From the NCBI GenBank assembly GCA_051546255.1, contig CP128816.1, positions 744,001 to 808,000 of the forward strand: a stretch of 64,000 nucleotides of DNA. The letters are read 5' to 3'. This document shows, piece after piece, positions 19,681 through 29,171 of this stretch. The translations under genes were made by a program, and so were the position numbers. Positions within the stretch are counted from its first letter, which is position 1. Each line of letters begins with the position of its first letter. The notes beneath the pieces are model-generated. The model was not told the origin of the DNA. It did no database searches and saw nothing but the letters and a program-made list of their open reading frames with translations. Source of the stretch: Meyerozyma guilliermondii. Its lineage: Eukaryota.

Positions 19681-21018
19681 CTATTCTACTTCGTCTTCGA
19701 GGCTATTGTGGGTGAGGAGATTCTCGCTGGTGAGCGGTACGAACAATTGGTGGTCTTTGTTCTTCGAGTTCTCTTTTTCATCGACTGGTATTTCGGCTTC
19801 GATAACTTGTGGCTTGATTCCAAGTTTTGCGAGCAATGATCGGTTTGCGTACAACAAGCTGGCGGTCAGCGGCTGGAGAATCTGACTCTCGGAGTAAAGA
19901 CTCGAATCGGGAAGATTTGTCTTGTGATGGAGCACAGGTCGTGGCTGTGGTTTACGCTTTGTTTCTTTGGTTTGAGTTGATTTTGTGGGTGCCGCTGCCG
20001 TGTTCTTGGGCTTTCGATCTGCCAGATGGGGCGCATAGTGGCTCACATCTTCCTCGAAATTACGAGCCGAACTAAACGCCGACATGAGAAATGGCATTTC
20101 TGACGAAATGGTGGTCTTATGGAGGGACGAATCAAGTTCAGGAGATGCTTTGGTGATGGAATGAATAACGGGTGGATTGTACGACGAGAGCGATGTCGAG
20201 AAAGATTCCTCGTCGCTATCGTAGCGGCTATCGGCAGCTGAAAAGGGTTCTGGGGTGGAGTGAGAAAACCTTTCGAGTTCGCTGTGGTCTTCTTGCTGAG
20301 AAGTTTGCTGGGCCCGTTCAAGTTTCCATGCTTCAAACATCTTTTCCATATCGCTTATCACCGCCAAGCACTCGAATTTGGAAGCCAGGTCTTCGGATTC
20401 GATGGCATTGTTAAGTTGCTTCATCAAACTAGCCACGAATTGCTTGTATGTAGCCGTAGTATCGTCAACTTCGGTTCCGTTGTTCAAAGCTTCTTCCAAT
20501 TCTGTTCCGATTGAAATCAACAGCGCTTTCAGATAAGCTACTGTAATTTTTTCGGAAGTAAGGTCCTTTAATTTGATGTTTCGAAGCGTTAAACTCGTGA
20601 GAAGAGTACCCGAATCCAGCAAGTATTCAATGACTGACAATGTTTTCAGAACTGAAGTAATATAGTCTATGTCCGCCGCTATTTGGTTCAATTTTCGGTT
20701 CATATCACGACAAAGTCCTAGGACCCGAGTAGCAACATTGCTGTTGAAATTGTGAATAGATGAGCCACTTTTGGCATCGAAATGGTCTTCAGAATTTATA
20801 TCTAGCGACATGAATGCCCAGTTTTTGAGCTGCAATTCGATTTTCTCCAAACTTTGGAGAATCACCAACAGTGCCAGACATAGTTTGGATACTTTTCTCT
20901 CAGTAGGTGGGAAATTTCCAATAATCCGAATAAGTTCAGCGGTCTTTTCTTGCTCTTTATTGAGGTTCGGATCTCTCGCAAGAAGAATTATGGGGTCTTC
21001 GTACTCCGTCAAGGACAT
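19681..21018 (-). CDS. Helical protein with low-complexity C-terminus, possibly Mdm36-like
   Basis: Long ORF, likely start ATG 21018. The motif TISSEMPFLMSAFSSARNFEED is reminiscent of Mdm36 (from recall only). Confidence 0.65.
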   Translation of the reverse strand: MSLTEYEDPIILLARDPNLNKEQEKTAELIRIIGNFPPTERKVSKLCLALLVILQSLEKIELQLKNWAFMSLDINSEDHFDAKSGSSIHNFNSNVATRVLGLCRDMNRKLNQIAADIDYITSVLKTLSVIEYLLDSGTLLTSLTLRNIKLKDLTSEKITVAYLKALLISIGTELEEALNNGTEVDDTTATYKQFVASLMKQLNNAIESEDLASKFECLAVISDMEKMFEAWKLERAQQTSQQEDHSELERFSHSTPEPFSAADSRYDSDEESFSTSLSSYNPPVIHSITKASPELDSSLHKTTISSEMPFLMSAFSSARNFEEDVSHYAPHLADRKPKNTAAAPTKSTQTKETKRKPQPRPVLHHKTNLPDSSLYSESQILQPLTASLLYANRSLLAKLGIKPQVIEAEIPVDEKENSKNKDHQLFVPLTSENLLTHNSLEDEVE

Positions 21019-21377
21019 TGGAAGTCCAAAAATATGGAGTTTTATGAACTGTTTTTGAAAAAGGAAAATCGATTCACAACAGTGGATAGGATGCAAAAAT
21101 ATGACTTCTGAGCAACTTACGCGTCGCAATGCAATGCTAGGGAGTACTTGGTCACCAGAATGTTGGATGACTAGTATGCAAAATGGAAAAAAGTGTTTGG
21201 GTTAGGTATATTGGTGTTTGTTTGCCGGTGATAGCGACAGTGCCGGGAGGGTGGAATGGTGTGTGGATGTTGCTGGTGGGGTGATTACTGGTGGTAAAAC
21301 TGTTAACGTATATTAGTCTAGGGCAACAGCCGTCGGTCGTCAAGTCGTAATGTGATAAATATTTATGCCTAGAAGGC

Positions 21378-22466
21378 TTAAGGGCTTTTCATTCTTTGGT
21401 ACCACTCGTCGATGGTTTCGGTTGGATGAAGTGCGACAATGACTAGCGTCATGTTATCGAACCCAATTCCAGTTGCAGATGAAGCCATGGAGATGCACTC
21501 GTTCAAGATGTATTCGGTGATGTGTCTGAGATTCCACAGTTCTGCGAGCTTCGAGCGAATTGCCTTGAGAAGTTGGTCATTAGTGTAGCAGTCCCATATA
21601 CCGTCGCAAGCAAGCACCATGAATTCTGGAGCAGTAAGTTTGGATAGATCGTAGACGAGAATATCTGGTTCCACCAGCACCAGAAGAAGCTCCGGCGGTA
21701 AATGCACCACGCCATTTTTCCAGTACTTTTTATTGCGTGCGTAGATCTGGTTAGTATCACCATCAACGTAGGGCGTTTTGAACTTAAAATCGCCAAACGC
21801 TCTGGAAAGCGCCAACACCTCGTTGACCCGTCCACACACCACGTAGCCTCCCGAATTCTCAATTCGAACCCGTTCGCCCATGGTGGATGGTTTATGGTCG
21901 AACGACAATGTCTTTGCGGCGCCGTTGACAGACATAATGCAACGAGAGTCGCCGGTATTGGCCACTATGACGTATTTTCCGGCTAGAACAGTGGCCACGA
22001 TGGCGGTGGTTCCGCAATTGGCAGCATCGTGATACGCTTCCAATTCATGGTCCACGCGGAAAAAGCAATTACGTATCACATCCATGGCGGATGAACGCAA
22101 TTTGTTTAGTTTTGAATCTTTGAGGATGTTGTTTGCATTTCCATCTACTTTCTCCCCATTCTCTTCCTTTTTTGCATCCTCATTGCTGTTCGCGTCCAAG
22201 ACATTTTTGTCATCCAACAACGCCAGAATTTTTTTGAAAATCATCAGTGGAAGCCGCTCACATACCACATTAGCACACTCCTTGCCCCCATGACCATCAA
22301 AAACTCCAAAAACACCAACTCTTTCGTGTTCATCTATCTTCACACAATGGGCATCCTCCATTGACATACGATAACCCTGCATCGATCCTATAGAGTATGT
22401 GAGGCTCTCGTGGCTATGGCACTCCACGTTCTTGTCCTCAATAGGGTGGGACATCAATTGACCCAT
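21378..22466 (-). CDS. PTC4: Type 2C protein phosphatase Ptc4
   Basis: MGQLMSHPIEDK start at 22466; MQGYRMSMEDAH, FDGHGG, ANTGDSR, LACDGIWD, GIGFDNMT. Confidence 0.9.
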   Translation of the reverse strand: MGQLMSHPIEDKNVECHSHESLTYSIGSMQGYRMSMEDAHCVKIDEHERVGVFGVFDGHGGKECANVVCERLPLMIFKKILALLDDKNVLDANSNEDAKKEENGEKVDGNANNILKDSKLNKLRSSAMDVIRNCFFRVDHELEAYHDAANCGTTAIVATVLAGKYVIVANTGDSRCIMSVNGAAKTLSFDHKPSTMGERVRIENSGGYVVCGRVNEVLALSRAFGDFKFKTPYVDGDTNQIYARNKKYWKNGVVHLPPELLLVLVEPDILVYDLSKLTAPEFMVLACDGIWDCYTNDQLLKAIRSKLAELWNLRHITEYILNECISMASSATGIGFDNMTLVIVALHPTETIDEWYQRMKSP

Positions 22467-22722
22467 GATGCTAAGTGGTGATTGCAAGGATAGCGAATGA
22501 CGGTACGCGGGAAGTGAGGTCGCACGACGGCAGGACGGCATATAGGCGATGTTGGGTGGTGGGTCGACAAGCCCAACACGTGCATTGTGGCACGTGTAAG
22601 GGGCCGCAGCTGGTTCGAGTGTGGGGTGAGACAGAACCCAAGTATTCACCATTTGGAGCTAAGACCATTTTTAGCAAAGACACTTGACCAATTGACCAAT
22701 TGAACCAAACCCACCAACGATA

Positions 22723-23760
22723 ATGATCAAACCGCAGATTGACCAAAATTCCACAAATACTCACCACTACGTAGAGCCTACTGCTTTCCCCATTGGCCCC
22801 AAATTCACAAAGTATAAGAATAATCCCATTCTTGTTCCGGACCCAGAACACGAGTTTGAAGAATCCTACATATACAATGCCGCGGCTATTGTGGTAGACG
22901 ACAAAGTATTCTTACTTTACCGAGCCCAGAATCGAACCAAGGTCTCTAGTGTGGGGATAGCATGGTCTGATGATGGGTACAATTTTGTGCGGTACCACAA
23001 GCCTGTTTTGTATCCTACCGAGCCATGGGAACAAAATGGTGGCTGTGAAGACCCTCGTGTGGTGAGAGACCCGGAAACGAAAAAATTTATCATGACATAC
23101 ACTGCCTATGATGGAGCCACTGCTCGGCTCTGTGTGGCTACGTCCAACGATCTTTTCCACTGGAAGAAGTATCCGCCCATTATCAACTCAGATTCATCGT
23201 GGCAAGACATAGCGGTGACTAGTACCGGTCACCGCATTATTAGGGATGCATGGCTGAAATCAGGTGCAATTTTCACCGAGCGCAACAAAGATGGAAAGTA
23301 TTATATGATATGGGGAGATAGTGCATTTCATTTGGCAGAAAGTTGCGATTTGGCCCATTGGAACTTGACTCTGACGTCTTATGGCAACAATACTTTCACC
23401 ACGGGCAAATATGTTTGGCAAAATAAACTCATTGAGCCAGGACCAGCCCCAATCAAGCTTGATATTCCTGGCAAAAATTGGTGGGTTCTATTCTACAATT
23501 CTGCTACTACTGGAGGCGCAGAGTACGCCAAGGACACCTACGCCATCTCCCAGATGCTAGTGGACTACGACAACCTTGGGGCAGGTCCTTTGGCTCGTAT
23601 GGATAGCCCTATTCTTGTGCCGGATGCTGCCAACGAAATTGAGGGCCAGGTCAACCGGGTGGTTTTTACCGAAGGTTTGGTGCAATTTAAGAACAAATGG
23701 TTCTTGTACTTTGGCCAGGGAGACAGCGAGCTAGGTGTGGCGACGGCACCGGTTGACTAG
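22723..23760 (+). CDS. Glycoside hydrolase family 130 protein (beta-1,2-mannosidase-like)
   Basis: NPIL, YNAAA..LLYRAQ, GGCEDPRV, KSGAI, IEPGP, VVFTEGLV..KWFLYFGQGD motifs. Confidence 0.85.
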   Translation: MIKPQIDQNSTNTHHYVEPTAFPIGPKFTKYKNNPILVPDPEHEFEESYIYNAAAIVVDDKVFLLYRAQNRTKVSSVGIAWSDDGYNFVRYHKPVLYPTEPWEQNGGCEDPRVVRDPETKKFIMTYTAYDGATARLCVATSNDLFHWKKYPPIINSDSSWQDIAVTSTGHRIIRDAWLKSGAIFTERNKDGKYYMIWGDSAFHLAESCDLAHWNLTLTSYGNNTFTTGKYVWQNKLIEPGPAPIKLDIPGKNWWVLFYNSATTGGAEYAKDTYAISQMLVDYDNLGAGPLARMDSPILVPDAANEIEGQVNRVVFTEGLVQFKNKWFLYFGQGDSELGVATAPVD

Positions 23761-23903
23761 ACAATTGTAATGTATAACATAATGGTACAATTACTTGATT
23801 TTTCGCAACTTATTTTTTCGCGCCTTTTCGCTTATCGTGCGCACCCAACACCAGTGTGGGGCGAAATCATCGCAACTCTTTCTTCTTCGGAGTTTCTTGT
23901 GTG

Positions 23904-25043
23904 ATGTCAAGGACCGCCAAGGTCGAAGATGTGAGCGCCACCATCAATTACGAGTTTCCTGTCCGTATAGCACTCCTAGGAGGGCCCAAGTCCGGAAAAT
24001 CGTCGGTAGTTTCAAAATTGACATTGGGCCATTTTCGTGACACTTACTACCCGACTCATCTGGTGGTGCCTATACTATTTTCGTACCATGCCACGTCACT
24101 GGTGGCCCGAGCCATCTTGGATGAACTCGATACAAAGCATAGTTTGGGACTTTTGACCTCGGTTTCGTCGGTTAGTCTCAGTCCAGTAATTTACCAGGCT
24201 TACTCCAAGACATTGAAATCGGACAAATTGCCAACCCAAATCAAGAATGACGTGTACTTAACTCATCTGCATCACTCGGAGACGTATGTTCCTCCGGAAG
24301 TTTCTCCAATTCTTGTGGAATTGGTGGATACTCCAGCATATAATCCCACCATGGTTGTTCCGTTTCTCGAGGCATCTTTATACAGAAAACTCGACAAAGA
24401 AGTGCTCCATAAACTAGCGGATGAGCCACGAAAACCGGTGCTGACGAATCCTTTGCTCGTAGCCTCGGGAGCCAGCGAACTCAATGGGGCAATCGATGGT
24501 TACTTTTTCGTTTACAGTGCTGTACCTACCAGCATGCCTCCAGCGTACGAGTCGGCAATTGACGATAATGGTGCTAGCCCCAAGTCCACCGAAGGCAACT
24601 CGCTTGCTCTTCTTCCTTCCATAAAAGAGACCCTTGACGAAGCGTGGAGGGAGTACAATGCATTTCGAACAAAGTGGGAAATGGGTAAAGAAAGTGATAT
24701 GTTTTCGTTGAAAAGTGCCCTCAAGAATATGTTCAAAGATAGGGCTCCAGGGAGCTTGGAAGCACAGCGCAAACTGCTTCGTTCATTGCAGAGCCATAGC
24801 GAATTACCACCTAATCCCGAAGACCCATCTGACCCCAATTGTCCTCCCCCAGCATGGATCTTGTGCACTCATGTGAATAGCCCGTTGGCATCTCCTAAGC
24901 TCATTGAAGAGGGTAAGAAACTCGCACGAGATTGGAAATGTGGATTCGCAGCAATTGACTGCGAGGAAGAAGTCGATGCTGCATTGGCACTCATGATCCG
25001 GGAAATTGTGGAGAGAAAAAAGTTGCGCAAAAGAAGAAGATAG
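23904..25043 (+). CDS. Atypical Ras-superfamily P-loop protein
   Basis: RIALLGGPKSGKS (G1), TYYPT (G2), ELVDTPA (degenerate G3), EEGKKLARDWKCGF. Likely start is ATG 23904. Confidence 0.75.
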   Translation: MSRTAKVEDVSATINYEFPVRIALLGGPKSGKSSVVSKLTLGHFRDTYYPTHLVVPILFSYHATSLVARAILDELDTKHSLGLLTSVSSVSLSPVIYQAYSKTLKSDKLPTQIKNDVYLTHLHHSETYVPPEVSPILVELVDTPAYNPTMVVPFLEASLYRKLDKEVLHKLADEPRKPVLTNPLLVASGASELNGAIDGYFFVYSAVPTSMPPAYESAIDDNGASPKSTEGNSLALLPSIKETLDEAWREYNAFRTKWEMGKESDMFSLKSALKNMFKDRAPGSLEAQRKLLRSLQSHSELPPNPEDPSDPNCPPPAWILCTHVNSPLASPKLIEEGKKLARDWKCGFAAIDCEEEVDAALALMIREIVERKKLRKRRR

Positions 25044-25456
25044 ACGAATTGGTTACTCGAGTTTGTTTATTCGAATTTTAATACTAGAACTGACTACTAG
25101 ATTTTGAGTATTGATTATTGGAGAGTTGGTCGAAATACGTGGTTACGAAAATCTGACACTACTAACGCTCGTTGGTTACTCGTTATTTGAGTACTTCACT
25201 CATGATAGAGCGACTGAATTGACAGAATTGATGGATTTAGTAATGTGAATTGATGAACATTGATGAATATTTGAGTTGTCAATTCGAAACTTATCAACCA
25301 GTATGGCTCGAGTTGGCCTTTAATTGAATTACTTAACCGTCTGTCGTGGATATACATAGCTCTCTTAGCTCTTTTAACATTAACTGTACCCCACAATTTG
25401 CAGCCTGTCGCGCATCCGCGACCCAACACCACTCTCTGTCTCATCTTATCTGCCCC

Positions 25457-27220
25457 ATGCCTGAAGGACAATGTCCTTTCTGTCTATCACCACAACAGAA
25501 TTTGCACCATAATCTTCTCTGTGGTGATTGTGTGGGTCAGGAGTGCACCCTAGTACGCAATTCGTGTATTGAATCCGATCGCCAAATCGAAGCAGCTCGA
25601 GATAAAATCAACCAAATATTTGACCTTTGTAACAAATTACAGAATGGCGACACCATTCTGGCACTTCCTGATAACCCATCTACTCCAAATCCATCCATAA
25701 AGCTGATGAAAAACCTCGCTTATCGACTAGTAAAGCTCCAAGCACTAAATACAAAGGCAAAAGTACGCAACATTAATCGCACAATTGAGTCACTTCGATC
25801 ATCCATAGAACAGGTAAAAGGCGAGTCCAAAGCAGCAAAAGATACAATAAAGCCCTCGTCTACTGCCAGGATTGATACCTGGTTCACTCAACAAATCAAT
25901 GAACTCGATAGTCAACTACGACATTTTCGAGGCGAAAAGGTGATCCAAGTAGAGCGGCAGGCAGTTCTGCTCCAAAAGCAACAATACCTCACTTTGATTT
26001 CCTTAGCATTTCTGAATTCCCCGGGACGATCTGGTGCTGGCATCAGCTCGCAAAGGAGTTCAAAGTCGTTGCTATTCTACAACCAACCAGTGCTCAATTT
26101 GGAACTGCTTTTCAACCACAACAGTAAAGTGCTTCAAATTAACGAGTTTTTCGAGAATCTCATCAAGTTCCAACTGCACCTTGCTGACTTGTTCAAGGTG
26201 GATGGTGTAGAATTGCCGTTCTTACCTGAACTTTTAAAACTTCTTCCCGATGAACAGCTTTTCGCATCGATCCAGGACCAGGAAGATTTTATGTATTCTG
26301 GGATTAAAGAACCAAAATTGCAACGCTCTCCCAGCCCAGAAACCTCCCCTAGTCCCCAAAAGGAGCCCGATCAGGTAATTAGATTGGGAGAGGCATTCAA
26401 GCTTCCTCTTTCTTCCAAAACCCTCAATTTGCAGCGCCGGGCTCGCACCGAACATTCAGCGGAATCAGAGCTGGAACCCAAGGTAGAAATGACCAAAAGA
26501 CCGTCTGTGAAAAAGGAATCAAAAAATTCTTTGTACGGGAAAACTGTGGTCATTGTTCCACACAAAATTCTTTCGAAACCGTTTACCAAATTTTCCCCAC
26601 AGGAATTTTTAAGGTTTCTTTTGACAGTTGCAAAAATCATTGCAAACTTTCTCTATTTTTTTGAGGTGACAATTAACCGAGTACCAACCACACGTTCAAC
26701 TTCTCTTAGCAATGTTCGAACGGGAGAAGTTGACGATTTTAACCTCACTTCAATTCTCACCAAACTGCTCAATATGGCACAATACTTTGACTTCAAACTC
26801 ACCCAGCTCAAAAATGAAAATCAAGTGGAAATGACAGGTTCTCAATCGTTGGTATCTACAGTCAGCAATGTGAGCACCACCAACTCCAGTGTGCTTCCTC
26901 TGCAATCTTATGTTAAGCAAAAGAAACCCAGAGGTCTTCTTGAGCGCTTATTCGGCGACACAGATTATAAGCTAACTGATATGGAAGGAGAGATCTACGG
27001 TGGTGTCAGTGAGTCCAGCCTGACCAAGACCACAGACTCATCGAAGCCGAGTCCAGAAACAAAAATTCCCGAGCTTAAAGTGATAATGCAAGCGGTTTAC
27101 AAGTTGATGGTGAGCGGTGCTTCAGCTAGAGCTCATCAATTTACCAGCACCACGTTCTCCATGATGGCCGAGTCTAAGGAGCAGCTCGATGACTGGGACG
27201 TTGTGAGCAAATTACATTAG
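25457..27220 (+). CDS. ATG14: Autophagy PI3K complex subunit Atg14
   Basis: N-terminal CxxC...CxxC followed by coiled coil; C-terminal DDWDVV; adjacent to VMA2 as in S. cerevisiae. Confidence 0.65.
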   Translation: MPEGQCPFCLSPQQNLHHNLLCGDCVGQECTLVRNSCIESDRQIEAARDKINQIFDLCNKLQNGDTILALPDNPSTPNPSIKLMKNLAYRLVKLQALNTKAKVRNINRTIESLRSSIEQVKGESKAAKDTIKPSSTARIDTWFTQQINELDSQLRHFRGEKVIQVERQAVLLQKQQYLTLISLAFLNSPGRSGAGISSQRSSKSLLFYNQPVLNLELLFNHNSKVLQINEFFENLIKFQLHLADLFKVDGVELPFLPELLKLLPDEQLFASIQDQEDFMYSGIKEPKLQRSPSPETSPSPQKEPDQVIRLGEAFKLPLSSKTLNLQRRARTEHSAESELEPKVEMTKRPSVKKESKNSLYGKTVVIVPHKILSKPFTKFSPQEFLRFLLTVAKIIANFLYFFEVTINRVPTTRSTSLSNVRTGEVDDFNLTSILTKLLNMAQYFDFKLTQLKNENQVEMTGSQSLVSTVSNVSTTNSSVLPLQSYVKQKKPRGLLERLFGDTDYKLTDMEGEIYGGVSESSLTKTTDSSKPSPETKIPELKVIMQAVYKLMVSGASARAHQFTSTTFSMMAESKEQLDDWDVVSKLH

Positions 27221-27609
27221 ACGAGAGATGAAGAAAAGGGAGAATGGAGAATGGAGAATGGAGCTCTTGGTTGGTATATGAAGTTGGGCCGATATTCCTG
27301 CACAATGGCCAGGGCAATCTTTGGTATTTCTTCGCCAATTTCTACGGAAAACAAGTTTCAGGCATTCTGCTGATCACTGGATCCGCCCTTGAGATGCCCA
27401 CTTTGTAGCTGCTCGCCAATACTTCTCAATGTACATAATATCTCTTACCGTTGTCTTGCTCTCACCTCGTCACCGTGCGTGCGTATATCTCCGCACGCGC
27501 GAACTTCACCTCCCACCCCTTATCGTTGAACATTCATTTCAGCTCACCGTCGCTTAGTTTCCCATCTGTATTTGACTGCGGCTAATAGGCTATAATTCCA
27601 TCACCTACA

Positions 27610-29151
27610 ATGTTACTGGACAAGGAATTGTACGAAATCAACAAAAAGGCCGTGACAGAAGGCTTCAAAATTAAACCCCGGATTAACTACAACACCGTGG
27701 GTGGAGTTAATGGGCCATTGGTGATCTTGGACAATGTGAAATTTCCTCGTTATAATGAGATTGTCAATCTCACTTTGCCTGATGGTTCGTCAAGAGCTGG
27801 TCAGGTTTTGGAGGTACGTGGAAGCAAGGCAATTGTGCAAGTTTTCGAGGGAACTACCGGAGTTGATGTTAAGAAAACGAGAGTTGAATTTACCGGTGAA
27901 AGTATGCGTTTGGCTGTGTCGGAAGACATGTTGGGACGTATTTTTGACGGTTCTGGAAGACCAATTGATAAGGGACCAAAGATCTTTGCTGAAGACTACT
28001 TGGACATCAATGGTTCACCCATCAATCCTTATGCTCGTATTTACCCAGAGGAAATGATTTCTACCGGTATCAGTGCCATTGATACCATGAACTCGATCGC
28101 TAGAGGCCAAAAGATCCCCATTTTCTCGGCATCTGGTTTGCCACACAATGAGATTGCTGCCCAAATTTGTCGTCAAGCTGGCTTGGTTCGTCCAACAAAG
28201 GACGTCCACGATGGTCACGAGGAGAACTTCTCCATTGTGTTCGCTGCCATGGGTGTCAATTTAGAGACCTCGCGGTTCTTTAAGCAGGACTTTGAAGAAA
28301 ATGGCTCATTGGAAAGAACTTCCTTGTTCCTCAACTTGGCCAACGATCCAACTATTGAACGTATTATCACTCCTCGTTTGGCTTTGACCACCGCCGAGTA
28401 CTTGGCTTACCAAACCGAGAGACATGTCTTGACCATCTTGACTGATATGTCTTCCTACGCTGATGCTTTGAGAGAAGTGTCGGCTGCCAGAGAAGAGGTT
28501 CCTGGTAGAAGAGGTTACCCTGGTTACATGTACACAGATTTGTCCACCATCTACGAAAGAGCAGGCCGTGTGGAGGGTCGTAATGGTTCCATTACTCAAA
28601 TTCCAATTTTGACCATGCCTAACGATGATATTACCCACCCTATTCCCGATTTGACAGGTTATATCACTGAGGGCCAAATCTTCGTGGACAGACTATTATC
28701 TAACAGAGGAATCTACCCCCCCATCAATGTCTTGCCTTCGTTGTCCCGGTTGATGAAGTCGGCTATTGGTGAAGGAATGACGAGAAAAGATCATGGCGAT
28801 GTGTCCAATCAATTGTACGCCAAGTATGCCATTGGTAGAGATGCCGCTGCTATGAAGGCAGTTGTGGGTGAAGAAGCATTGAGTACCGAGGACAAGTTGT
28901 CGTTAGAATTCTTGGAAAAGTTCGAAAAGAACTTCATTACTCAAGGTCAGTACGAAAATCGTACCATCTTTGAATCATTGGATCAAGCTTGGTCTTTCTT
29001 ACGGATCTACCCCAAGGAATTGTTGAACAGAATCAGCCCCAAGATTTTGGACGAGTTCTACGAGAGACTGAGACAACAAGAACAAGAATCAGAAGAAGAT
29101 CCTGATCAATCGCACGATAAAGATGATAAGGACAAATTGATCGATGCTTAA
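27610..29151 (+). CDS. VMA2: V-ATPase V1 subunit B
   Basis: [50 protein letters not shown]. Confidence 0.99.
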   Translation: MLLDKELYEINKKAVTEGFKIKPRINYNTVGGVNGPLVILDNVKFPRYNEIVNLTLPDGSSRAGQVLEVRGSKAIVQVFEGTTGVDVKKTRVEFTGESMRLAVSEDMLGRIFDGSGRPIDKGPKIFAEDYLDINGSPINPYARIYPEEMISTGISAIDTMNSIARGQKIPIFSASGLPHNEIAAQICRQAGLVRPTKDVHDGHEENFSIVFAAMGVNLETSRFFKQDFEENGSLERTSLFLNLANDPTIERIITPRLALTTAEYLAYQTERHVLTILTDMSSYADALREVSAAREEVPGRRGYPGYMYTDLSTIYERAGRVEGRNGSITQIPILTMPNDDITHPIPDLTGYITEGQIFVDRLLSNRGIYPPINVLPSLSRLMKSAIGEGMTRKDHGDVSNQLYAKYAIGRDAAAMKAVVGEEALSTEDKLSLEFLEKFEKNFITQGQYENRTIFESLDQAWSFLRIYPKELLNRISPKILDEFYERLRQQEQESEEDPDQSHDKDDKDKLIDA

Positions 29152-29171
29152 ATTCGAAATCTAAATACATG

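Noticed and set aside
27475..27500. Hairpin GCGTGCG-N8-CGCACGC upstream of VMA2
   Set aside because: Short stem with no tRNA or snoRNA hallmarks; consistent with chance or a promoter motif.
27610..29151. Intein in the V-ATPase gene
   Set aside because: This is subunit B at normal length; the yeast VDE intein occurs in subunit A.
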